Of a stretch of DNA of 64,000 nt, positions 1 through 9,133 are shown piece after piece. The position numbers and the translations under genes are program-made. Within the stretch, counting starts at the first letter, position 1. Every line of letters starts with the position of its first letter. The notes under the pieces are model-generated. The model was not told the DNA's origin. It saw nothing but the letters and a program-made list of their open reading frames with translations, and ran no database searches. The stretch is taken from positions 96,001 through 160,000 of the forward strand of contig DAIDBH010000011.1 of assembly GCA_027310185.1 (NCBI GenBank), written 5' to 3'. The stretch comes from Thermoplasmatales archaeon (lineage in GTDB: Archaea > Thermoplasmatota > Thermoplasmata > Thermoplasmatales > Thermoplasmataceae).

Positions 1-1318
1 AAAGATATTCATCATACGAAAGATTCCTCATTGGATAACTTCGTATCAGTATGCTGTAGAACTTCTCAGCGTTGAATTTTCTCATCTCGTGAGATCTTAA
101 GAGTATCTGGTTGGCTACGGTTGCATACGAAAGGTCCCTTATGAATACAGGTTCAAGTACCTGATTATTTATCTGGCCCACAATCGCCATGGCCTCTTCC
201 ATCTCAATCAGGTCACCACAGAGAATTATGCCCTTTGAAACCTTCTGTATCCAGTGACCCGATCTACCGATCCTCTGTATCAGTTTATTTATCTGCCTTG
301 GGGAATTGAACTGTATTACAAGGTCTGCAGAACCTATATCTATTCCAAGTTCCAGGGAAGACGTGCAGATCAGTCCCTTTATTTCCCTGTTCTTGAATTT
401 TGACTCTGCCTCCTCCCGTGTTTCTCTTGAAAGGGAACCATGATGAACCATTACAGGTAATTCTCCATAGTACAGTGACATCCGGAACGCAATATCCTCT
501 GCCACACTTCTTGTATTCACAAAAACAAGTGTGCCCTGATGGGATTCAATCAGTTCCTTTATTCTCTTAACGGCCCCTGCATACTCTGGTTCACAACCCA
601 TCTTGCTTGCGATCTCGTCTGGGGCTTTCTCTGGAATTGTAATTTGAAATTCCATTGTCTTTATCATTGAAGTTTTCAGAATTTCAACTTCACCAGTATT
701 ATAAAGAAATCTTGCCAGTTCCTCTGGATTTCCCACAGTTGCCGATAGGCCTATCCTCTGAAAGTTTCGAGACAGTTCTGCCAGCCTTTCGAGGGAAATG
801 CTTAACTGGGTTCCCCTTTCATTCTGTGCCAGTTCATGGAGTTCATCGACTATGACAAATTTCAGATTTTTCAGGTATTCCCTTATCTTTTTTGAGTTCA
901 TCAGGATCTGGACAGATTCCGGAGTGGTGATCAGTATATCAGCAGGATTGTCCCTTATCTCCCTCCTTTCCCTTTCAGAAATATCACTGTGTCTCACCTG
1001 GACACTTATTCCCATCTTCTTTCCGTAATTCTTGAGCCTGAGTAGCATATCCCTGTTAAGAGCTCTCAGAGGTGTGATGAAGAGTGATGTAATTGGTTTT
1101 GTCTCATTGTTTAGTATATAGTCAAATATGGGAAAAATGGCAGCCTCAGTCTTTCCACTACCCGTAGGAGATATAAGCATGGCGCTTTTTCCACTTCTAA
1201 CAACTGGAATTAACATTTCCTGAGCTTCTGTTAACTCATTGAACTGTAAGGTAGTGAAAAAATCAAACATCCTGTTTGAGAAAAAATTTTCAAAATTATT
1301 CTTATTGATAACGACCAT
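1..1318 (-). CDS. lhr: Lhr-family DEAD/DEAH-box helicase (N-terminal part; runs off the window start)
   Basis: Manual translation from ATG at 1318 (GGAG SD upstream) gives SF2 motifs SPTGSGKT, ITPLRALNRDM, IVDELHEL, GLSATVG, VHHGSLS, CTSSLELGIDIG and QRIGRSGH. Absent from the ORF track because no stop lies in the window. Confidence 0.92.
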   Translation of the reverse strand, partial: MVVINKNNFENFFSNRMFDFFTTLQFNELTEAQEMLIPVVRSGKSAMLISPTGSGKTEAAIFPIFDYILNNETKPITSLFITPLRALNRDMLLRLKNYGKKMGISVQVRHSDISERERREIRDNPADILITTPESVQILMNSKKIREYLKNLKFVIVDELHELAQNERGTQLSISLERLAELSRNFQRIGLSATVGNPEELARFLYNTGEVEILKTSMIKTMEFQITIPEKAPDEIASKMGCEPEYAGAVKRIKELIESHQGTLVFVNTRSVAEDIAFRMSLYYGELPVMVHHGSLSRETREEAESKFKNREIKGLICTSSLELGIDIGSADLVIQFNSPRQINKLIQRIGRSGHWIQKVSKGIILCGDLIEMEEAMAIVGQINNQVLEPVFIRDLSYATVANQILLRSHEMRKFNAEKFYSILIRSYPMRNLSYDEYL

Positions 1319-1331
1319 CTAACATGCTCCT

Positions 1332-1409
1332 TCAGAACCCATCGTCGTCATCGTCATCATCATCGTCGTCATCGTCGTCATCATCCCTAGGTCTATAGTT
1401 GAATAACAC
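1332..1409 (-). CDS. 25-aa acidic microprotein MLFNYRPR-D15-GF
   Basis: GTG start 4 nt after a perfect GAGGTGA SD; 15 consecutive mixed GAT/GAC codons; TGA directly followed by the lhr SD; TATA-like TTTAATA near 1442-1448. Confidence 0.65.
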   Translation of the reverse strand: MLFNYRPRDDDDDDDDDDDDDDDGF

Positions 1410-1503
1410 GGCTTCACCTCAGGACATCTAAATGATAATAGTATTAAAATGTTTTTTCTAATTTTTTCTGAAAAATTAACTTTATTGACTTTAAGCTGAT
1501 ACC

Positions 1504-2730
1504 TTGAACATGTCAGGAAACATGAAGGAGATCAGTGAAAAGATAAGGGATGTTGTCTTGAGGACTATGAAAATTGAATCTCCTGATATTATTATGGGGA
1601 ATCAGGCAGAGAGGATCAGGAGATTTATTTCAAATGGTAGTTATAGCATATTCTCAGTTGGCAAAGCATCTATACCCATGGTAAAAGGCCTGGATCCTGC
1701 TATTATCAAAAATTCAAGTCTGAGCATATGCCTGACCCCAAGTCCTGAAAATATGGAGGGATTCAGGGTATTCAGGGGAAACCATCCCTTTCCAGACACT
1801 GATACATTCAGGTCTTCAGAGGAAATATTCAATCTAATCGTGGAAGATCATTCGGACAAACTAATATTTCTTTTATCTGGAGGTTCTTCATCACTCTTCG
1901 AGAAAGTTTCTAAGGGCGTATCAATCGATCGGTACATGGAAATTATGCATTTACTTGTGACAGGCGGTTATCCCATTGACCAGATCAATTCAATCAGGTG
2001 CATACTTTCTGATGTAAAGTGTGGGAAGATGCTGAATCATAGCAATTATAACGAGATTCTTATTCTTGCCATATCAGACGTTCCAGGTGATGACATTTCT
2101 GTCATTGGCTCCAATCCATTTTACCCGGGAAAGAGATTTGACCCTGATAAAGAGCTTACTGAAAGACTCGGACTTGAGAAACAGAAGATCACCTATAGAG
2201 ACTGTCATATAGAATCAGACATAATTCTGGCAGGTAAAAAATATGCAGGAGACATGCTTGATAACATTGAACTTCCTTATGAAAAAGTCTTCCTCGAAAA
2301 TATACTTGAAGGCGATGTTAACACCTGCTCAGATAAAATTCTGGAGCTTTTAAGGAGTCGTTACAGTAAGACTGGGAAACCATTTGTCTTTTCAGCATAC
2401 GGGGAAACAACATCAAAGGTTACGGGAAATGGAAAAGGGGGCAGAAACTGTTACCTGTCTTCCCTTATACTTGAAAAAGCAGAAAATTCAGAAGAATTTT
2501 CATTCATTTCCTTTGCAACGGATGGCCAGGATGGAAACAGTGGACTTGCCGGGTTCCTTGTGGATAATACATTAAAAGAAATAATAAGTAATGCTGAGAT
2601 AGACAGATATATTGAGAACAGCGATACTGGAAATCTTGCAATCAGGCTTCACAGGGATTTGAACACAGGTCCTTCAGGAAATAATGTATCGGACGTTGTG
2701 ATCGGGTATTATGGTGGTAATTTACAATGA
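1504..2730 (+). CDS. Glycerate 2-kinase (MOFRL/DUF4147 family)
   Basis: Motifs VGKAS, GNHPFPD, LSGGSSSL, SDVPGDD, GETT, GKGGRN, TDGQDG and TGPSGNNVSD. True start probably the ATG at 1510 or 1522. Confidence 0.88.
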   Translation: MNMSGNMKEISEKIRDVVLRTMKIESPDIIMGNQAERIRRFISNGSYSIFSVGKASIPMVKGLDPAIIKNSSLSICLTPSPENMEGFRVFRGNHPFPDTDTFRSSEEIFNLIVEDHSDKLIFLLSGGSSSLFEKVSKGVSIDRYMEIMHLLVTGGYPIDQINSIRCILSDVKCGKMLNHSNYNEILILAISDVPGDDISVIGSNPFYPGKRFDPDKELTERLGLEKQKITYRDCHIESDIILAGKKYAGDMLDNIELPYEKVFLENILEGDVNTCSDKILELLRSRYSKTGKPFVFSAYGETTSKVTGNGKGGRNCYLSSLILEKAENSEEFSFISFATDGQDGNSGLAGFLVDNTLKEIISNAEIDRYIENSDTGNLAIRLHRDLNTGPSGNNVSDVVIGYYGGNLQ

Positions 2731-3479
2731 TGCTTATGCATTCAGATAATGGAACGATGCTGTATGATGATGAAAAGAATGTGATTATCAACGGGAAGAA
2801 GAGAATTGAGATAAATCCAACAGCTATCTTGAATCCCGGTGACAGTGTCCTTTTTGACGGCATAAATTATGTAATTATGAGTTATACTCCTCAATTTTTT
2901 CCCAATATAGGTGAACGGGGCGCACAGATAATCAACGGGAGGGATTCATCGTACATGGTGATGGCATCAGGAATTGAATTCGGTTCAACCGTGATTGAAA
3001 GTGGAACAGGATCCGGAGCACTGACAACATACATTCTGAAGATAACAGGAAACCCTGAAGGATACCTTGGTATAGATCATAATGAAAATTCAGCAATGTT
3101 TACGAAGAGAAACGTGAAGAACTTCACAGGAATGGACATACGGATAGATATAGGTGAATTTGAGGACTATGCATATAGTGGCAAAAAGGCAGATGCCATC
3201 TTCCTCGATCTACCTGAACCATGGAAAAATGTACCTGAACAGAGAAAATGGATCCTGTCAGGAAAAAGGATAGTAACCTATCTTCCCACTTATAACCAGG
3301 TTGAGAAAGCAAGGGAGGAATATGAAAAATATGGATTTCTGCACCTGGAAACAGTTGAAATTGAAGGCAGGGATATCCAGGTGAAAACAGGAGCAACCCG
3401 TCCAAAGTCTACAGGGATTATCCACACAGGTTTCATATCCACGTACATAAAATCCAGCGGCTCCATACTGAGGGTTTGA
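2727..3479 (+). CDS. trmI: tRNA (adenine-N1)-methyltransferase
   Basis: RGAQII, SAM motif ESGTGSGALT, FLDLPEPW, YLPTYNQV and TRP...HTGF. Confidence 0.88.
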   Translation: MMLMHSDNGTMLYDDEKNVIINGKKRIEINPTAILNPGDSVLFDGINYVIMSYTPQFFPNIGERGAQIINGRDSSYMVMASGIEFGSTVIESGTGSGALTTYILKITGNPEGYLGIDHNENSAMFTKRNVKNFTGMDIRIDIGEFEDYAYSGKKADAIFLDLPEPWKNVPEQRKWILSGKRIVTYLPTYNQVEKAREEYEKYGFLHLETVEIEGRDIQVKTGATRPKSTGIIHTGFISTYIKSSGSILRV

Positions 3480-3546
3480 TCTACCGCATGGAGTTCGGAT
3501 CAACTGTAAGGTAAATCTAAATAACAATTATCCATGTCTATTTTTA

Positions 3547-4476
3547 ATGTTAAAGAGCAAAAGTATTGTCAGTATAGACGACGTAGAAACAGACGATTTT
3601 TATGAAATTTTCAAGCGCGCGTCTATTTTCAAGAGAGCTGTAAAAGAGGGTAGGGTACTTGATCTCATGAAAGGAAAAATCATGGCTACCTTCTTCTTTG
3701 AACCGAGTACCAGGACAAGATTATCCTTTGAAAGTGCGATGAACAGGCTTGGCGGCTCTGTAATAAGTGTTTCAGAAGCAAAGAGCAGTTCAGCGGCAAA
3801 GGGAGAAACAATTGCTGATACAATAAGAATGGCATCATCATATTCCGATGTTGTTGTCATGAGGCATCCAATGGAGGGAGCAGCAAGGCTTGCATCTGAA
3901 TTTTCTTCAGTGCCTGTGCTGAATGGTGGAGATGGTTCTGGACAGCATCCCACTCAGACGCTCCTCGATCTGTTCACAATTTGGGAAAAATATGGAAGGA
4001 TAGAGGACCTGGAAATATCGATGATTGGAGATCTAAAATATGGAAGAACCGTGCATTCACTGATAAAGGCACTGAGCAGGTTCAATAATACAATTAACCT
4101 CGTTTCACCGGAGATATTGAGGATGCCTGAACATTTTCTCAGCTCCATTAAATCAAGGAGTAAAATCAGGCCAGATTCAAGTCTGGAGAGTGTACTGGGC
4201 ACAACAGATGTCTTTTATGTTACCAGGATACAGAAGGAAAGATTTGTTGATCTTAACGACTACCAGAAAGTTATTGGATCATATTCCTTCAATCAGGATC
4301 TGGTTGAAAGAATGAAGGAAAGTTCCATAATAATGCACCCTCTTCCAAGGGTGGATGAAATTGATCCAAGGATAGACAGCAACAAAAGGGCCTATTACTT
4401 TATAGAAGCTGCAAATGGTGTTTTTGTTAGGATGGCATTGATAGACATGATTCTGAGGGGTGGGGAATATGAGTGA
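3547..4476 (+). CDS. pyrB: Aspartate carbamoyltransferase catalytic subunit
   Basis: FFEPSTRTRLSFE, HPTQTLLD, GDLKYGRTVHSL, RIQKER and HPLPR. Confidence 0.97.
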   Translation: MLKSKSIVSIDDVETDDFYEIFKRASIFKRAVKEGRVLDLMKGKIMATFFFEPSTRTRLSFESAMNRLGGSVISVSEAKSSSAAKGETIADTIRMASSYSDVVVMRHPMEGAARLASEFSSVPVLNGGDGSGQHPTQTLLDLFTIWEKYGRIEDLEISMIGDLKYGRTVHSLIKALSRFNNTINLVSPEILRMPEHFLSSIKSRSKIRPDSSLESVLGTTDVFYVTRIQKERFVDLNDYQKVIGSYSFNQDLVERMKESSIIMHPLPRVDEIDPRIDSNKRAYYFIEAANGVFVRMALIDMILRGGEYE

Positions 4477-4945
4477 GGAAAAGGTATTGAAAATAAACAA
4501 GATTGCTGATGGCATAGTAATTGATCACATCAATCCAGGAGCAGCACTTGAAGTTCTATCCGTTCTTAAGATAAATGGCCGTGATAAACTGACCGTAAGT
4601 GTCCTGATGAATGTTCCAAGCAGGAAGGATGGAACAAAGGATATAGTGAAGGTTGAGAACCGTAAACTGGCAAAGAAGGAGCTTGACCTGATAAGCATCG
4701 TCTCTCCTAATGCCACAATAAACGTAATTGAAAAATTTGAGATAAAGGACAAATTCAGTGTTAAGATACCGCGGGAAGTCATGGGTATAATAAAGTGCAG
4801 CAACCAGAACTGTGTAACAAATTCCAGGGAACCTGTGGAATCAAGCTTCAAGGTAGAAACTGAAAAGGGACATGAAAACTTCAGGTGTCACTACTGTGAA
4901 AGAACCATGGACATAAGGGAAGTAAGAGAATCACTGATGAAATAA
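4469..4945 (+). CDS. pyrI: Aspartate carbamoyltransferase regulatory subunit
   Basis: GIVIDHI, KDIVKVEN and zinc cysteines CSNQNC / CHYC. The ATG at 4469 overlaps the pyrB end. Confidence 0.95.
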   Translation: MSEEKVLKINKIADGIVIDHINPGAALEVLSVLKINGRDKLTVSVLMNVPSRKDGTKDIVKVENRKLAKKELDLISIVSPNATINVIEKFEIKDKFSVKIPREVMGIIKCSNQNCVTNSREPVESSFKVETEKGHENFRCHYCERTMDIREVRESLMK

Positions 4946-5077
4946 TTTTTTCAACAATTACACTTTTTTTGTAATTTATTGTAGTAGAAATGTTTTAAAA
5001 ATGACCTGGTTACTATCTTTCCATAACATTGAATTATAAACTTATCATCCTCAGAAATTCCCGATGAATAAGTAATT

Positions 5078-5785
5078 TTAAAAATTCTTCTGAAGGCTGG
5101 AGATCTCGGATATCATCTTCTGTATTTCCTGTTCCTCTCCCTTCTTTGAAAACATATTGTGTCTTATTTTTTTCTCTTCACCAATTTCCTTGTATCTGTG
5201 TGTATTCTTTTTTATGCTCTCCCTGATTATCTTAAGATTAAATTCATCAGTGGGGTTGCTTGCTCTTGTAAAGACGAACGATGCGACAGAATTATTGAAT
5301 TTCTTTCTTCTGTATACAAGGGATGAATGTATATTCCTTGCGAAACCTTCAGACAGATCGCTTGCAACAATGGTTACCCAGCTGTTATCAACCAGTCCTG
5401 ATACGATTTCCGCTGCATGCCTGAACTCACGGTCTGAAGCAAGGTTTCTGAACCTAACCTGTATTATTTCAGGGTATGATATCCTGCTGGCACCGTCTTC
5501 CTCATCCATCTCATTTCCATTCTTATCCGTCATCCTCACAAAGGAACTATCATATTCATCCTTGAAATCCTCATACTTCAGTTTTCCTGAGGAACTCAAT
5601 TTTCTTTCCCTTTCCTGAGTGATGTAGATTATTGCATTTTTCTTTCCTTCATTTGTCTTGATAAGACCATTATACACATCATTCATCCTGTCACCTATCA
5701 GCACTATTGTCTGTTGCATGTAGGTCTGCAGTTCCACTGAGTCAAGCTTTTCATTTTCCAGATTCAATTTATTCACTTCTTCCAT
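5078..5785 (-). CDS. Hypothetical protein; probable degenerate, truncated FtsZ/tubulin-like GTPase domain
   Basis: ATG at 5785 with AGGTGG SD; ORF track uses the GTG at 5794. Pattern resembles the archaeal FtsZ N-terminal domain but without the glycine motifs (see findings). Confidence 0.5.
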   Translation of the reverse strand: [235 protein letters not shown]

Positions 5786-5794
5786 CCAAACCAC

Positions 5795-6214
5795 CTAATA
5801 CCTTCCATATTTTTTCTCTTCATCCCTGTCTACCAGACTGACTCTCTCGTTAGATTTCATTGACTTCTCTATTTCCTGGTATTTCTCTATCTTCTCCTCA
5901 AAAATCTTTTTTATAAAGCCGGAATCAAAAACATATTCCAGAATTGACTTAATTGCGTCTTCTTTCGAAGGATAATATCCCATTCTGATCATCCTTTCGA
6001 TATATTCTTCCTGTTTCTTAGAAAGAGATATGCCATTGCCTAAATCCATACCCTTGAAGTTTTTCTTAGCCTGGATGAAATCAAGAGCGCAGTTCCTGAG
6101 AAACTCCGATCGACTGCCAAAAGACATGTTTTCCTCAAGAAAACTGTCTATCATATCCAGATCTTCTTCTGAAATCCTTAGTGTAATTTTAATGTCTTTT
6201 GATTCAGGATTCAT
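5795..6214 (-). CDS. Tandem ribbon-helix-helix (CopG/CdrS-like) transcriptional regulator
   Basis: KITLRISEEDLDMID...SRSEFLRNC plus a second unit ISLSKKQEEYIERMIRMGYYPSKEDAI. Confidence 0.8.
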   Translation of the reverse strand: MNPESKDIKITLRISEEDLDMIDSFLEENMSFGSRSEFLRNCALDFIQAKKNFKGMDLGNGISLSKKQEEYIERMIRMGYYPSKEDAIKSILEYVFDSGFIKKIFEEKIEKYQEIEKSMKSNERVSLVDRDEEKKYGRY

Positions 6215-6229
6215 TATTATCCTAAATAG

Positions 6230-6250
6230 ATATACTCAGAGGTATATAAA
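6230..6250 (-). promoter_or_regulatory. TATA box of the RHH operon overlapped by an ATATAC-N6-GTATAT inverted repeat
   Basis: TTTATATA on the minus strand about 30 nt upstream of ATG 6214; dyad at 6230-6247. Confidence 0.45.
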
Positions 6251-6646
6251 TTTTATGTAATTGGCTATACACAAGTACATACAAAAATAGTCTTAATTAT
6301 ATGTCTAAATAATTCTATTATCTCATTAATCTACTGTAATTTAAAGGATCAAATCAAAATTCATAATTCCATATATCACAAATTTTATCATGTACACAGG
6401 TACGATTGTATGGCAATTTTTACAAAATAAATATACAAATATATTTAAAACTGATATCACATTTCATGGAATTCGCCAGATAAATCAGTAATCTTGGACC
6501 TAAATCGAATATTGACATTGAAAAATTTTTTTATCGTCTTTTTTTTAAGATTTAAAATCCTCTGATAGGATAAACATCCTAAATCACTGGAATTTTATAA
6601 CTTAGGTCAAAGAAATTTTTCACGTTATAACAAATTTGGGATGGAG

Positions 6647-7093
6647 TCACGATTTCTGAGCTTGTCCTGACGATGTCCTGCTCTTAATAAAGTCAAGCAA
6701 CGTAGTTCTAAATGTTATTAATTTTCTGTCATACAGTGCAATTTGACGACCAGCCTTTGTATGAATTATAAAAAGTCTTTTACCATCTTTTTGATCTCTC
6801 GTTATATTTTGTATGTCATTGTAATATACATTGAATTTTTTGTTTGTAGTGACTATAATTATCTTATCTTCATATATCTCAATGTTCGCTCTTTTTCTGT
6901 ATTGCACTACATTGTAGCCAATTATGAAGATAGACAATACCAGAAAAGGGGCGTAGTTTACGACACTTGCGAGAAAATAGCCAGGATAAAAGTAGATTGG
7001 TAAAATAACAGCAATAGCCAGGAAGAGCGCGGATACATACGCAATTACATTTGTTCCCGCCTTGAGAACAGCAAGAGGAGTTGAACTCTTCAT
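6647..7093 (-). CDS. Membrane protein with two TM helices and a bacterial PH-like domain
   Basis: Two hydrophobic segments, then the beta-rich IEIYEDKIII...YYNDIQNI...IIHTKAGRQI pattern. Confidence 0.6.
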   Translation of the reverse strand: MKSSTPLAVLKAGTNVIAYVSALFLAIAVILPIYFYPGYFLASVVNYAPFLVLSIFIIGYNVVQYRKRANIEIYEDKIIIVTTNKKFNVYYNDIQNITRDQKDGKRLFIIHTKAGRQIALYDRKLITFRTTLLDFIKSRTSSGQAQKS

Positions 7094-7251
7094 ATTTCAG
7101 TATTCCAATTATAAATTATAACTTATCCCACTTTTTATTATAAGTATCCAAGAAAAGCTCACCTGAAAATCTCTATGTACAGATTCTGTGTTTGATATTT
7201 TAACAGAACAAAGACTAGGAAGTAAATTAAGATTTATTGTAATCTCAACTC

Positions 7252-8211
7252 ATGGCATTTGAAATCAGTACATTTGAAATTCCCATAGCCATACGGGCTT
7301 TGAGGACTGCCTCCATATACATTCTTGATAATGGTAATAACAAGATACTAGTAGACACAGGAATGGATGACCAGATTGATACATTTCTGAAAAGTAATGG
7401 AATTGACATAGAAAGCATAGACATGATACTCCTTACTCACCTGCATATAGATCACGTAGGAGGAGTTAATAAATTACACACAAATTATGGTCTGAATGGG
7501 TACATAGGAAAGGATGATTTGAGACGGATTGAAGCCATTCAATCCTCGGCCAGTAGATATATATCATGGCAGATTGATTATTTAAGAAGGAATGGCGTAC
7601 CCGATAAATTCCTGGAAAATCTTACAGAGAACCACCCGGTTTTCAGAGAGTTGAATAATTATATGAACCTCAAACTGGAACCACTCGAAGCAATTAAAAA
7701 TTTACCAAATGGCCTCAGGACAATGCACGTTCCAGGGCACTCTCCAGGTTCAACCTGTTACTTTGTAAATGATAGTTCAGCACTGATGTCAGGTGATCAC
7801 ATTTTAGAAAGAATCACTCCTAACATCAGCTATTATGATGAAGAAGAAGACATGCTGGGGGAATATCTTTCCAGTCTGGTTAAAAGTAAAAACATGGAAG
7901 TTAAGGTTACATTCCCCGGTCATGGAAAACCCTTTGGAAATCAAAATGAAAGGATAGATCAATTGATAAAACATCATGGTGAGAGGATGAATGAGATCAT
8001 GGAACTTTTAAGAGATAAGTGGTTGACGCCCTATGAGATAGCACATAAAATGCGATGGAGTAAGGGGAGAACTATGGAATCTATGAACATGATGGAATCT
8101 AACTTTGCAATCGGTGAGGCCATATCGCATTTAAGACACATGGAAAGGACAGGAGTTATAGAAATAAAGGAGATTGGAGGAATTTATTATTACGGTTCAA
8201 CGGTTAATTAG
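7252..8211 (+). CDS. Metallo-beta-lactamase-fold hydrolase with C-terminal winged helix
   Basis: LVDTG, THLHIDHVGG, PGHSPGS, SGDHIL and FPGHG. Confidence 0.88.
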   Translation: MAFEISTFEIPIAIRALRTASIYILDNGNNKILVDTGMDDQIDTFLKSNGIDIESIDMILLTHLHIDHVGGVNKLHTNYGLNGYIGKDDLRRIEAIQSSASRYISWQIDYLRRNGVPDKFLENLTENHPVFRELNNYMNLKLEPLEAIKNLPNGLRTMHVPGHSPGSTCYFVNDSSALMSGDHILERITPNISYYDEEEDMLGEYLSSLVKSKNMEVKVTFPGHGKPFGNQNERIDQLIKHHGERMNEIMELLRDKWLTPYEIAHKMRWSKGRTMESMNMMESNFAIGEAISHLRHMERTGVIEIKEIGGIYYYGSTVN

Positions 8212-8449
8212 TTTATGAAAGTCAAGATAAGAACTGCCTTTATATTACCCCCAATCATTCATAAATCATATATGGCTAGGGATCAGAGAAATAACATGAC
8301 AGAGAATTATATTCCCTATTTTTATTTGCTAAAAATAAATTTCTTCATTTGATATCCTAGGTAAAAAAGTAGGCAGTCAGATGGGAATAAAAGAACTTTT
8401 CACAATTTTTTGCAAGATTTATTAAGGATTATGAATTCAGGTGGTTACT

Positions 8450-8523
8450 GCCGTCGTAGCTCAGCCTGGTAGAGCGCGTGCTTGGTAAGCACGAGGTCGC
8501 GGGATCGAATCCCGTCGGCGGCT
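8450..8523 (+). tRNA. tRNA-Thr(GGT)
   Basis: Acceptor GCCGTCG/CGGCGGC, anticodon arm CGTGC-TT-GGT-AA-GCACG, T arm GCGGG-ATCGAAT-CCCGT. Confidence 0.93.
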
Positions 8524-9022
8524 TACTTTAAAGATGCAGTCATTCAATGTAGTTTTCCTTAATCTTAGTTAGTACATGAACAACTCTAAAATCCTATATC
8601 AAGTGCTATGGAGAAATAATAACTCCTTGTCAACTACTTTTCCTTCAAACTATAACTAATAATCTTGAGAATTGTTTCTTTTCTATTTCCGACTAAGAAA
8701 AGATAAGGCTTAATTATTGAAACATCAACAATTATATTCACTAAACTAAAACAATTGTCACAATGAACGCTAAGCAAATGAAAGCAGTATAAGCAAAGAA
8801 TTCACTGATTTAATACTGTTTTGTCGCAAATAATCTGAAGATAAAAATTTCTCATCACGGTCGCACGAAACTGTCAATAGTGCATAACATAAATTTTGCT
8901 GCGACGATTATCCATGCGTTTTAAATCAAAATCAGTTGAATCAGGATCAGGTTCGAAGCACTTGACAAATATCTGAACTGTATATATTTAGGATATATCA
9001 AGAATTCGCAAAGAGCAACTAG

Positions 9023-9133
9023 CTATTTCTTTCTTTTCTTTCCTGCATCACTTCTCTTTTTTCTCCACTCACCATCATCGTTTCTCTCTCTTTCTTTAGA
9101 CCACTTTCCTCTCTTGACTCTCGGAACTGCCAT
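9023..9133 (-). CDS. 36-aa basic microprotein MAVPRVKRGKWSKERERNDDGEWRKKRSDAGKKRKK
   Basis: ATG 9133 to TAG 9023; TTTTAAA TATA box about 24-30 nt upstream (leaderless spacing); purine-rich coding-like strand. Confidence 0.65.
   Translation of the reverse strand: MAVPRVKRGKWSKERERNDDGEWRKKRSDAGKKRKK

Noticed and set aside
655-1028. Plus-strand ORFs 655-855 and 798-1028, and the many other short ORFs nested in or antisense to long genes
   Set aside because: Shadows of real genes (here lhr); no motifs, SD or promoter support.
1341-1385. (ATC/GTC)n tract as a plain microsatellite or CRISPR-like repeat
   Set aside because: No spacers; the triplets vary only at the Asp wobble position inside an SD-led ORF.
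8940-8965. GGTTCGAAG as a tRNA fragment or att site
   Set aside because: Too short, no stem, and it does not match the tRNA-Thr 3' end; no integrase seen.
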